From Octopus sinensis (taxonomy: Eukaryota): 64,000 nucleotides of DNA. A model generated the notes under the pieces. The model saw only the letters and a list, made by a program, of their open reading frames with translations, did not search any database and was not told the DNA's origin. The stretch spans positions 47,368,001 through 47,432,000 of the forward strand of contig NC_043004.1 of NCBI RefSeq assembly GCF_006345805.1, read 5' to 3'. The position numbers were made by a program, and so were the translations under genes. Below are positions 24,031 to 36,960 of the stretch, piece after piece. Position 1 is the stretch's first letter, and each line of letters begins with the position of its first letter.

Positions 24031-25537
24031 TTGAATGTGACGTACTCTATGTCATATTATGTTTTCCCTTTGATATATGAATATATGATATTATTAGCTA
24101 GTTTCATACATTCGGCAAAGATCCATATATATTGTCAGTGTACCAAGTTAAGATTGGGGAACCTAACGAATCATTTCTTTGCTTTATAACATTTGAAAAT
24201 GAACAGATTTGCTTTATAATACATATCAGTGTTTTACAGACAGAACCTAATGTGAATTTAAAGCATCTCATATCAAGAAGTTTTAAAATAACCTTAACGT
24301 TTAATGATTATTTCGACACTTAATGCGGTGACCTGGACGATTTGTTAGCACGCGTGGCTAAAATGTTTGAAGGCATTTCTTCAGGCTTTAAGTTCTTAGC
24401 TAAAATTGATCTCTCTCTCTCCTTCACTTTCACTCTCTCTTTTCTCTCTTCCTATCTCTTCATTGTCCCTCTTTATACATAATATACCACTTCCGGCAAA
24501 GTTCGTACGCCATCTAACCAGCGGATTAATGGCTCTGATCATATATAAAAGCGAATTTCATCAACTCGTTCATATTTTCATGCGTTTTAACCGAGTAAGA
24601 TATCGCTTAAAAGATGAAATACCATTTTGCTGCACTACTTAATTATCTGAAACGCACGTACTAAATGCTTCAAAATGTCATAACTTGATTTCATTTCAGT
24701 TTATACATTATATACTTTATGGCCTATGCCATTCAAACGCTTTCTATGACAAGGACTCGGAGTTTTTCTATCCGACTCAAGTCCGAAATTCTGGTAAGTG
24801 TATTGTTTTAAGCATAATGCATGTTACCAATATTCCCCCTTTTAACATTTGCTAAACTCTCCAATGCAGAAATAAATATTATCTTTACGGCTAGGCATCC
24901 TCTATTATGCTTCTAGTGGTAAGTAATGTCCGGCGCATCCTCAGATAATACATTTGATGTTACCATGAGTTTATCTGACTCAGTCCAGGTTATTCAGCCG
25001 ATGAGTTTGTAACTTTCGGGGCTTTACTTCCTGTTCATAGCCACTTCTTTTCGTTCTTGTAGAGACTAAGGAATGTGTTGCACAAGTATTACAAAACAAG
25101 TTTAATCTATCTTATTTGAAAACGTTACAATAGAACATAAGCCAAATTAGAATCTACGTCCATAAATCCACTATATCATTAGGATATATATATATAAATC
25201 ATTGTTTTAAATGGAACTTCGGACAATGCATTTCACATTTTCAACTGTAACGTTCTTGTGCATAAAGAAATTTGGGGTAGGGTTCCGAACAAATTCTTCT
25301 TAACACCAGTCACAGTTATAATAAGGAGAAGACATCCTAATGTATATGTAGCGAATGCAACTGAATTTACATTGAGAAGACAAAATTATATTTGGCATTA
25401 GAAGTGAGATAAGTATGCATAAATATGTATGTCTTCTTCCAGTGGAAGAAGCGTCGAATTCCCAGGGTTCAGCTGCAGACACGTTTATGTAAGTATGCAT
25501 GTATGTATGCATATACATATAGATATATACATATATA

Positions 25538-25619
<82 letters not shown>

Positions 25620-25719
25620 GATATATATATATATATATATGCATGCACATATGTGTGTGCTGTGTCGCTGTGTGTGTAGGAATGTATTTATATACCTGCA
25701 TAAATGTATGGATGTGTGC

Positions 25720-25770
<51 letters not shown>

Positions 25771-26545
25771 TAGATAGATAGATATATACATATACATATA
25801 CATATTATCTATTATACTTATAGGTAACTACACACAAACTCGTGCATATTCAAATATAGGGATACGTATATATATATATATATACGTATCCATATATTTA
25901 AATTTACACGAGTTTGTGTATAGTTACTTATAAGTATAATATATATATGTGCGTGTGTGTGTGTGTGTGTGTGTGTCTGTGTGTCTGTGTGTCTGTGTGC
26001 ATACACTTAAACACGGATATTTACACAGTTATAGAAGCGTATACATACATACATAGATACAGGTATATGCATATGTATATGTGACATCAATGTTTCTTAG
26101 ATAAAATTATAAATTCATGTATCCATGTACATTAGCCTGTTTGTGCTCACAGGTGTAAATATCGCAGGCAAACGACCTCAAACATATTGCATGACATGAA
26201 GCAGAAGAGAATAATGTTTAATATTCATTTCATTGATAAGTTGTACGCATATTATTTTCAGAACACGGTTACGATAGAATTACTTTCAATGTTATAGACT
26301 CCAGTACATACAGAATACCAAGTAAATGTACATTCCATACAAGCTATTCAGGTTCAGTTGGTAGTGTGTATCGAACTGTTTCTAAATGTTTCACATACAG
26401 AGTAATCACCAATATATTCTTCTACTTTCTTAGACCTCACATTGAGATTTCAATCTTTCAGTCACACACACTCACACACACATGTACACACAAACACAAA
26501 TATATACACACATACACAAACATACACACACACATGCACACACCA

Positions 26546-26578
<33 letters not shown>

Positions 26579-26991
26579 AATATATATATATCCTAAACAT
26601 TCTTCTGTGCATGTGTATATTTACATATGTGTATATATATATCAATACTTTGCAGAAGTAACGGAGTGACTCACGGTCCGAGAGTTTCGTGTGTTGACAC
26701 TTATAAGTATCTACGCAGCAAAGTCTCAAACTTTCAGTCACGGTGTTACTTCTACAAAATATTAATAAAATACACATATACTCATATTTTTAGTTCTACT
26801 TTTCCTGTTTGCATCAACATACGTATATATATATATATATATATATATACATACATGCTTACTTACATACATACAAACAAACGTACATACATACATACAT
26901 ACATACATACATACATACATACATACATACATACATACATACATACATGTATACATATACATATATATATATACACATACATATATATATA

Positions 26992-27208
26992 TGGCAGAAA
27001 CCTTAGCACGCTGGACGAAATGCTTAGCGGTATTTCGTCTGGCGCTACGTTCTGGGTTCAAATTCCGCCGAGGTCGACTTTGCCTTTCATTCTTTCGGGG
27101 TTGATAAATAAAGTACCAGCTTCGCACTGGGGTCGATGTAATCGACTTAACCCTTTGTTAATCATTGTTTGTCCCTTCTATGTTTGGCCCCTTGTGGCTA
27201 GTAAATAA
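26992..27208 (+). mobile_element. tRNA-derived SINE family B
   Basis: TGGCAGAAACCTTAGCACGCTGGACGAAATGCTTAGCGGTATTTCGTC...GGGTTCAAATTCCGCCGAGGTCGACTTTGCCTTTCATTCTTTCGGGGTTGATAAAT...CCCCTTGTGGCTAGTAAATAAAT. Confidence 0.9.
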
Positions 27209-28458
27209 ATAAATATATATATATATATGTATCAAGAAGTGAAGCAGCATGACCGTTTGAAGGGGCACCATTTAATTGTACAATTGCAATCATTATATCA
27301 TTGTAAATGCAGTACTATCATACTATCATCAGCTGCACAAATAGATAGAATTTTATCCAGTTGGACACATTCATATAATTTTTCTCAACTACTTTAACAG
27401 AGCAAGAAGTTGGAAGGAATTCATGCAGTCGCTATTGTAGCGAAGAATAGACTACACTTCAAAGTATGGTATGAAGCCCACTGGGATCATAGCTTGAAAC
27501 GGATTGTGGTTGATTTCTAATTTATTTGTCTTTTTATCAACTACTAAATCTAAGACTAGATGACTCTGTCTGTTATGAATGAAGGGCAAAAATGAGTTGA
27601 CAGCTCATATCTAGATATGGTCATAAATATTGTATTTATCCCTTTTCCCCGGGGAGAGAACACATTAGGAGTAGTAAATTGAATATAGAGTAGGTCTCTA
27701 AAAAAGGTAGCTGGGTAGGGGGGACTCTAAATCATGATGTTAATGACCAGTTAAAGGGGCAAAACGCTAATAAAACGTAGGATGTTATCTTGGGGTAATA
27801 TGGGTGATTGTTTATAAACAATATTATGTTGTATAAAAATAAAATTTAATATTATGAAAATGATATCATAACCAAAATAGGTAAAATATGTGAATATATC
27901 GATTATCAACATTAAAAAGATAAGATTACATTCTTTCATGACCTAATTGATTACTTATTAGGTTTTTTCTATAATGACCGCTCAGTGCATTTACTTATGG
28001 AACACTAGGAAGATAAACATGCAATCTATATATTAATTATAAGCCCAAAATTTAAATAAGATAAAGGTGTACATATATACACATACACAAATATTTATAC
28101 TTTTATATGGATATAGTATAACCCTCTCACATAGATTTAAGTAACTGAAAATTTTCTATTTACGAACAAGAAAATTAATAATTTATAAGCTATACGGTGT
28201 TAATAGTTAAGGAAAAAAACTATATATTAATGTGTCCAACTGGTTAAAATTCTATTCATCAGCTGCACAAATTCATGTAATAATTGCATTGTTCAATTAA
28301 ATGGAGCCGCTTGAAACGGATGGTCATATTGCATCACTTCTTCATATTTTGTTGATTGTTTTCATTTTATTCACTTTACTTCGAGCTGTGCGGATAATAG
28401 CTGATTGACTTGGTGCTTTAACATAAGTACCTAATTCAAATGAATCTCAATTATTTCT

Positions 28459-28565
<107 letters not shown>

Positions 28566-29095
28566 CAACAAGGATACCTAGATGTAATGCAGTACGATCG
28601 TTTTATGCATGAAACGATCGTACTACATACCCCTGGATATCCTTGTTGCTTATTTTGATTTTAATCACCTTCCGTTGATATTGTATGTATAATACCGTAC
28701 TAAATTCTGGTGCCTCAACTTATGTACCATATTCATCTGAATCTAATTTTTTGCCGTATATATATAAATAGTAATGCAATACGAGAGTATTGCTTTCCAG
28801 TAAAGGAAAATTCTAGGTATTTCATCTTTCAGATGTTCTCCCTGGAGGTAAGACAATTTTTTAAGTTTGTTGCGCTCACGCATTTTTGCTAGTACATACG
28901 CGGTGAAGCTATACATTAGCGTCGGATTATTACGTTCGCTATTTTCCAGTAAATATCGGTACTTCGTTGTGCCATATATTTACTTATATATATATATATA
29001 TATATATATATGAATAAATGAAAGAATGGAGTCGAACGAAGATGTGAACAAAATTTTCCATGCTGACGATAAACATGGGATAATTCATTCACCTA

Positions 29096-29132
<37 letters not shown>

Positions 29133-30639
29133 CGGTCCAGTCCTTATTGTAGTGTCGTGGCTTGTGCACCACAGTGATCTGATAGTTATGCCAGCGGAGC
29201 ACGAGCTCCAAGTAGGGCAGCCTATGCTAACAGATCTAAAGAGAGTTGCAGTCGAACATGCAATACCCCATTTCCCAGAGTTAAAAATGTTGCCTCGAAA
29301 ACGAGGTGAAAATTTCGGAGTGAATTACGTTGACGCTCAGAGAAATTTGGAAGGAAATAGCTTTTACGTTTCGAAAAGAAAAATTAGACGTAGAGGAAAA
29401 AAGGAAGATAAAAAAGAACAAATGCTTCTCAATGACGAGGAGTAAGAAGAGATCGCAAGGGACGTGATTGGCAAAAAGGACAAACATAAGGATTGACTTC
29501 AAACATGAATGTCAAGGGACACACTTGTGAACCCGTCATATGCGCCTGTGTATGATGCTAAAATGTGGCTGCATTCTCTGTAATTGTGTGTATCTTTATA
29601 TGTATATAGGTTTGTCCAGTTATCCCTGTTTTCTGTTTATGTGTGAATGAGGCCATCTGATGTGGGTATGACGCAATCTAAAGAATGTATTTGCGTATGC
29701 ACGTGGATGTGTATGAAGGAATCTTGTGCGTGTAAATTACGTATCTATATGTGACTACGAGTGGCTGTTGTTTTCTGTCTATGTGCGTGTCCGAGCCTAT
29801 CTGACGTAAAGATTTGTGTCTCATGGGGTGTATGTGTAAGAAGCTAGAAGGTACCTCAGTACTCGGTGTATTTGTGCGTGTTTAAGTGTGTGTATGCGTG
29901 TTTGTGCTCTCTTTTTGGTTTGTGTATGTGTGAGGTTGTTATGAGTATCATACTGGATAGAGGTGTTAGGTGGAATAGAGGTGACCAATGTTGTAGGTGT
30001 TGAGAAGTGAAAGTGTATTACTATGCAATTGCTAGTCTATGTGAGATGATGAATAGCACGAGGGACTCTAATGTAAATATGGATGCTAATGTGTGTATGT
30101 GTGTGAAGTAGGAAAGAGTATGTGTTGATGCATGTATGAACTTTTTGAACGTTTTGGACCCTGGCATTGAGTAAAGAGTTTGACGGTATAGTTGATATGT
30201 GTGGGTACGGATGTTAAGGAAATAGTCCGGATGTAAATGGAAGGTAATGTGTTAACACGGGGTTTAAATTAAAAGGGTGGAGAATGTAAACGGTGAGGGA
30301 CAGATACTTGGAGAGAAAGATTAATTCCTGCTCCAAGCTGAGACTGAAGTACAGGTGGACTCTGTACAAGGCCAGTCGGAACACATTCGTATGCTACAAA
30401 GAATAACCAACCGAGCTAAAATGACACTAAGCTGGGCTAACATTAGCGAGCCTGATCTTGCAAAGGTATTCAACAAAACTCTCTAATATACATATTTGAT
30501 TAATTTTTACTTATTTATTGCTCACTGATACGTTGTTAATCTATTGATCTATTCGTACTGTCCTTTGCAATGTTGTAACCAAATATACTGTTCATGGCGA
30601 ACTCCGTATGCCATAATGTATATAAGATGTCCGAATGAA

Positions 30640-31330
30640 ACCAATTTTTAATCTTGAAATTCGGTTTTGTTGTCGCAGATTTCTGGCCGTTCTGATGTAT
30701 GGCTGCATACTCCGCAACTTAGATACTTTTCCTTACATTAGGATCAGTAGATTTTGCATTTGCCAGCTATATCGGTACAGCTTTAAATGTTTTGGTTTGG
30801 GACTGGATGCTTTTGAAAGCGCTCTATCCCTTATTAACACTGCAGAATTTAAACGTTTGTTTTGTAAATATTTAGGTGTTTTGGCGAAATACATGGAATG
30901 ACATATTTTTCGTTTCTGAATTAGTTTCTCGAAATTTCTGTTTAGAAACCCGCGTTGCTTTTTGAATTTAAAAATGCTTAAATTTTGAGAGTATTTTCTA
31001 TTAAAAAGTAATTACTTTTACTTCCGATCTTTGATTTTTTTTATAGAGCCCGAGACTACTTCGCAGATTCGTACTGCTAAGTTTCTTAGATAGACGTTTT
31101 GATCTTCTTTCGGATAACATATTATGTAGAGTAGGTTTTGTTAAAGGTGGTTTTGTTTAAAAACATATGTATGACAATTTCTAGTATTGGGTTTTATTTG
31201 TGTATCCATGAAATGGAACTTTTTATCGCTGTCTATCTTAGGGAATTGGGTATGGAAGTTTATATTGTTAATGAGGTTTTGAAATGTGTCCGAGATTCTC
31301 CCTACATAATGTGATATAGTTTACACAGAG
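30640..31330 (-). mobile_element. Degenerate Penelope-like RT C-terminal fragment
   Basis: Minus-strand translation FQNLINNINFHTQF...KFHFMDTQIK...TYVF*TKP resembles the PLE RT motif LN..HP.IKFT.E...L.FLD..I...T.VY.KP. Confidence 0.45.
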
Positions 31331-31872
31331 TATTTTGTATTTTTTTATTCAGTTAAGCATCAAATTAGTCTGGAAAGTTTGGGAGGGATGTGCATGGTAT
31401 CCCAACTTATTTTCCCCATGTCTCTTCCTGATTTTTGTCGGTAGGCTTCCTAGAATAAACAAAGCACCACCTACAAGATATTTGCTATAAATACGTTACG
31501 GTATTTCATAATTAAACGTGTATTTCATAGCTTTGGAATATATTTATATATATATATATATATAAATATATATATATATACCAATCTTACGCACTAATAC
31601 TCTCTCATACACACACACACACACACACACACCCACCCTTATACATACTAATACATACACCAACCCTATACATACACACATCCAGACCCCTCCCACGCAC
31701 TTTTAGCTGGTCCCTCAACCCATTTATCAACCCTATTATCTCCCCTTATTTCGCTCTCGCGTCTCATGTTTGATCTTTGACCTCTGGCCGAAACCAGATC
31801 GCCATGTTGATTCGTTAGCTACTGCACGCATTTTTTTCTCTCCTTCTTTCTGTGTTTTTCTCTCTCTGTGTA

Positions 31873-31910
31873 TCTTTCTGTTGAAGAGCGTAGGCTCGAA
31901 ACGTTAAAGA
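31873..31910 (+). ncRNA. Minimal type-I hammerhead-like motif (Penelope-type), core variant CTGTTGA
   Basis: TCTTT-CTGTTGA-A-GAGC-GTAG-GCTC-GAAA-CG-TT-AAAGA. Stem I is 5 bp, stem II is 4 bp, with an ACGT palindrome. It lies in a Penelope-terminus-like repeat (~31760-31976). Confidence 0.45.
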
Positions 31911-31976
31911 CTTGTTTTATTTATATTTCCTGAGCGCCATACTAATACAATTGTTCGTTTGTTTTCCACCTGCCTT

Positions 31977-32140
31977 CGTATTTCGGCCCAAGTTCTTTCG
32001 TCACACTCCTGTGACCGCATCAGTGGTCCTTTGTTTTCTTCTTACTTATTTGTAAGGAGAGACACAAATAAGTAAGAAGAAAACAAAGGACCACTGATGC
32101 GGTCACAGGAGTGTGACGAAAGAACTTTGGCCGAAATACG
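31977..32140. repeat. 77-bp inverted repeat with 10-nt spacer
   Basis: 31977-32053 versus 32064-32140, with one mismatch. Spacer is AAGGAGAGAC. Confidence 0.95.
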
Positions 32141-32570
32141 ATTAAGATTAATGTAAAAAATAAATAACACTGAAGCAAAATAACACCAAATATATAGTGC
32201 GTGTGTTTTTATTGGCTAAACTGGCAATATGACCATTCCGAAATATAACAATATATATATATAGGTTCACAATTACCAGCAAATAGTATAGATATTTTCA
32301 TTTGGTAGGTGTGTGAATATATCAAGTTTATCTCCTTGAAGCGTCTATGTACTTGCAGAAAGATTTTTGTTAAGCAGTCGCAGAAGTTACAAGGAACTGA
32401 TGTTTTTTTTTCTAATGTTGGGCCTGTGTCAATAAGGCTTACATTTAAATCAGTGGTTCATAGTATGATTACCCTAGTGGCTTTAATAAACTAGCTTATT
32501 CATTAATCAGTGGATTGTCCATAAAACGTTCTTTATTTCATATTTAAATTTTCGAAGGATAATCATTTTA

Positions 32571-32989
32571 GGGATCTTTTCGGTTTCAACAGCAGTTTTT
32601 AACATAATTTCGAGGTAACTAAAACTTTTAAACTTCGTATACTGGTTGAATGTGTTTATAAAACATCTTTTTCTCTTGGTTTTATTGAGAAAACTCTATA
32701 GTTTGTAAGATATTTGTTATTGTTTTTTTCTTCAATTTCTGCAATTTCAACCTATCACTGACGTCCATTGATGTAAAAAGCATTCTGTGCCGTATGAACA
32801 TGTCCCTCGTTTAAGATACAGATTGGGTTTATTTACATTTGTGAAGAAAAAAAATATAAACTTCCCCCATCTCTAACCCTAACCCTAAAATAGATTGAAA
32901 TGCAATAGAGCGATACTAGGGTCATAATTATTGGTGACAATTCCATATGACACCGCTAGAAAAACTGCCGTTTAAACCGAAAAGATCCC
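32571..32989. mobile_element. MITE family 1, copy 3
   Basis: GGGATCTTTTCGGTTTCAACAGCAGTTTTT ... AAAAACTGCCGTTTAAACCGAAAAGATCCC, with CTAACCCTAACCCTAAA at ~32873-32889. Confidence 0.9.
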
Positions 32990-33223
32990 AAGTTAGTTAT
33001 AATTTAAACTATTTCTACATGAGTTTTGTAAAAAAATACTGAATATTTTCGTAATTATATTTCTAATACTTGCTTTCTTCATAGTGTATGTAGTAATGTA
33101 GGATATTCAGTGAAATATTTGTGTAGTAGTCTGTATTCCTAACAACAGCAGAATTACCTTTCTTGGATTCATTTAAAATTATGTTAGTCAGGTTTTAAAT
33201 TTGTCATAATGTATGTATGTATA

Positions 33224-33295
<72 letters not shown>

Positions 33296-33693
33296 ATAGT
33301 GTTGAACTTTGTGCGGTTTCATAAGGTATGTAAGAAACTAAATGATACATGTCATCTGTTGTTAAAAGAACGCATTGAAACTGTCCTAGTATGCAAGATA
33401 TGTCTGAATATTGCATTTGGATACATTGGGGTGCGAATAACAATATGCCGTCTCCAAGACTACGTTAGCAAAATGCGTTCATTTGTCAATATAACAAATT
33501 AGTATATCTAAAATTTTACACGGATCTCTGTTGCATATAACGTCCGATGTTCCTTTGAACAGTTTAATGTAATATATATTCTGCGAAGCATTACAGATTT
33601 TCATTTATGCTATATCGACGCAAAATTTAAGAGAAATGTTATATTTGATTTACTACAGTTGAGAAATGGACGGAGACAGAGGAATAGAAAAGC

Positions 33694-33765
33694 AAGAAGA
33701 AGAAGAAGAAGAAGAAGAAGAAGAAGAAGAAGAAGAAGAAGAAGAAGAAGAAGAAGAAGAAGAAG

Positions 33766-33794
<29 letters not shown>
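33694..33794. repeat. (GAA)n microsatellite, pure
   Basis: Direct reading. Confidence 0.95.
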
Positions 33795-33796
<2 letters not shown>

Positions 33797-34287
33797 GTTT
33801 GGTATACGATATATTCTTATTGATGTGTATACAGGAAAGAGGGATATAAAAATGCAATACAAATTATCACTGCTCAGTAGGGGATAAAGAGAGGATATAG
33901 CATTAAAATTGTAAAATTTCGTGATAATCGATGGGTTTTCTTTTATTATTTCTTCAACGCAGGGGAAATCATTTAACATGTATACACTGTTCAGTTTATA
34001 CATAGAAAGCAGTTCTTTGGAATGAAGTATATTTAGTATTCGCAGAAGTAAAGGAAAAGAAAAAGTATGTTTTCAATGGAAATTACCTTTCCTGAACATT
34101 TATGAGGTTAACTGAGGCTTTTTCGACACCTACTGCGTAGCGATGTTGTAATTATGTAACATGGCACCAAACAATATATTTATATTATTCTGCAATGTAT
34201 GCAATAATAGAATTTTTTAATATCAGAATACATATGTGTCGTGTGTGTGTGCGTGTGTTTGTGTGTGAGTGAGGTAGAGAGAGAGGG

Positions 34288-34318
<31 letters not shown>

Positions 34319-34659
34319 GAGAGAGAGGGAGAGAGAGAGAGAAAGAGAGATGAGGAAAATATTACTAACCTGGCGGCGACTAAAGCTTTTGAGAAAACGT
34401 TAATAAATCGGGCTTATGAATTATGTAAAAGTTATGAAAATATTTATTTTGAAAATCATCTCAGATATAGCATTCTGTTCTAAAAGGGTTTTCCAAAAGT
34501 ATGGGAGACCCTAAATCTGGAAAATATTCTGACCAGCAACTTGTTAGAATAGAAAAATTGATTTTTAATTGTCACCACGGTTGTTGACATATTCTGTTGA
34601 ATCTTTCATAAAACATTCTAAGACAATATTTATTCAACCAACTGAGTATGTACCTCATT

Positions 34660-34800
34660 TATATTTCACGGATATTTGTCCTCATCTTGTTTGTTGTTAA
34701 CACAACATTTCGGCTAATATACCATCCAGACACCTTTTTGCCCAAGGTATCTTTGCATCAGGTATCTTACGGAAATTTCGAACCTGGGTTCTCATTCCAT
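34660..34800 (-). repeat. Dispersed Penelope-terminus-like repeat with a decayed hammerhead-like motif
   Basis: Homologous to 8530-8665. Minus strand reads ATAC-CTGATGC...TAGCC-GAAATGTT-GTGT. Confidence 0.55.
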
Positions 34801-35049
34801 GTTATTTAATTTTATTAAGGTCACTGCTTGGAATCGAACTCGACTGGGGTTAGTAGCCTACACTCGTAACCACTACGCCATATGCCCGTGGACAATTGTG
34901 AAGTGAATTTTAGGGTTTATAAATCTAATATTTTCTATTCTTCCTTAATGGCAGTTCCCATTGCTATTCATATCTATACTCCGTCTGCTTAGGAGGTTCT
35001 TGTATCTTAGCATATGTGCTGCTTATTTCAGTTTTCGTATTTTCCAGTG

Positions 35050-35280
35050 GTGTTCTTTGTCTATTATTTTAACTTCATCTCACAGGGGTCTCTATTTTTC
35101 CATACATAATCAGACATAACCGATTTATCAATGTCTCCTCGTGTCACAGCTTTGCGATATTTGTCTACCCTTATTTCGAGGTGGGGGTGCGACATGTTTC
35201 CCCTTTGTATAATAATGGAAGCAATGCTTCCTTTAAAAACTATAGAATCAAAATTGAAACTATAATCCTTATGTTCCATA
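35050..35280 (-). mobile_element. Penelope-like GIY-YIG fragment
   Basis: ORF 35064-35279 contains LEIRVDKYRKAVTRGDIDKSVMSDYVWK, matching the L..R..EH.KAV.RG...KS..A.H.W consensus. Confidence 0.6.
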
Positions 35281-35555
35281 AGATCGTTCTTCTAATGTTC
35301 TGTAAATTAATATAAACTACATTGCATTATAGGCTCCTGACTTTTATTGTCGGAATTAGCATGAGACGACAAGCAATGGCATGTAACGCAATATGTGCAA
35401 GGGAAGCATTCTTTGCGGTGTAATATTTTGGAATTTGTTTCCGATAAAAATGCTACAAATACAGTTTCTTTCTAGGAAGAGCTGATAACGAATAGTTTAG
35501 ATGCTAATGAATACTTATACGCTTGGATTAAGTTTCTATCAATTAGCAGTACCTA

Positions 35556-35612
<57 letters not shown>

Positions 35613-35640
35613 ATATATTATATATATAAACATTACTTTA

Positions 35641-35844
35641 TATAATTAGGGTTCAGCAAAAAAATTGTTTTACCACATACCGAACTTTTAGAAATAGCAG
35701 CCATAGAATTTACCTATTTCTTCTACTGTAAGAAGAGTCTCCCAGACAATGTATACTCAAAATCAATTCACGTAGGCATAGAGGGAAAAATAACGAAAGT
35801 TCACTGGATATTAGATTACTCTTTTTGCTGAACCCTAATTATAT
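35641..35844. mobile_element. ~200-bp MITE with ~20-bp TIRs in TA context
   Basis: TATAATTAGGGTTCAGCAAAAA ... TTTTTGCTGAACCCTAATTATA. Confidence 0.8.
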
Positions 35845-35972
35845 AAACTAACGTTCGTTTAAATTTACTATAAATGGTCCTTTTACATACTGAACACTGT
35901 TTGGTAAAATTATTAATTACTAATTAATTAATCAATTAATTTTGCCCTTAATAATTATTGACTATATATATA

Positions 35973-36027
<55 letters not shown>

Positions 36028-36223
36028 CATATATGAACTTTATGATGTCTGACTCCATTGTGTATTATAAATGAATTTCTTATATTTGATAGCATGAACT
36101 ATCTTTTTTTATATATAACTTTTTTGATAAGGTTCATTTCAGGAACTGAAACATGTTATAATGTATATATAAAAATTAAAAATTGTATAATATAGCAGCA
36201 TTTTCGAACTTCATTTTTTACAA

Positions 36224-36273
<50 letters not shown>

Positions 36274-36559
36274 TTATATATATATATGGTTATGTAACAA
36301 TACTTACATAGGGAATGAGAAAGATGTTGACATTTTGCTTCCATCAGAAAACAGTGAAAAGACAAAATGCGCGTAGTTTTCTGTGTTTATTCAACTAATA
36401 TTTTTAACTTTTTAAAATTACTGAACACCCTTGATATAAAACGTGATTTTCTTTTCTATTTTAAAAATAGCAGTATAATATGAACATGTGAATTTGATTC
36501 ATATATCTATGCGACAGAACATTTTTGTCATTACCTCCCCAGCCAGCAAGATGGCTGGG

Positions 36560-36960
36560 GTTATGTTTGTTAGGTAAGAAGCTTGCTTTCCAGCCTCATG
36601 TTTTGGGTCTCCCTCCCACTTCATAACAACTTGCACAAGGGTCTTCTACTATAGCCTCAGGTCGACCAAAGCCTTGAGTAGACGGTAAATGAAATAAGCC
36701 CGTCGCATATATGTACATAGATATGTGTGTGCGCGTGTCTGTCTGTCTGTATGCCTGAGCTTATCCCTCAACACCGCTTGACAACTGGTGCTGCTGTGTT
36801 AACATCTCCATAAATAAGCGGATCGGCAAAGGAGACTGATAGAGTAAATATCAGACTTTTACAAAATAAGTACTGGAGTCGATACCTTCTAATAAAAATC
36901 CTTCAAGGTGGTGCCACAGCAGTACTGCAGTCTGATGACTGAAATAATTAAAAGATAAAA
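36560..36960 (+). mobile_element. SINE family A, diverged full-length copy
   Basis: GGTAAGAAGCTTGCTT...GTCTTCTACTATAGCCTCAGGTCGACCAAAGCCTTG...AACACCGCTTGACAACTGGTGCT...GCAGTCTGATGACTGAAAT. Confidence 0.8.

Noticed and set aside
29330-29420. Another copy of the GCTCGAAACGT motif family (minus strand)
   Set aside because: Only CGAAACGTAAAAG remains; the CUGANGA core and stem II are absent.
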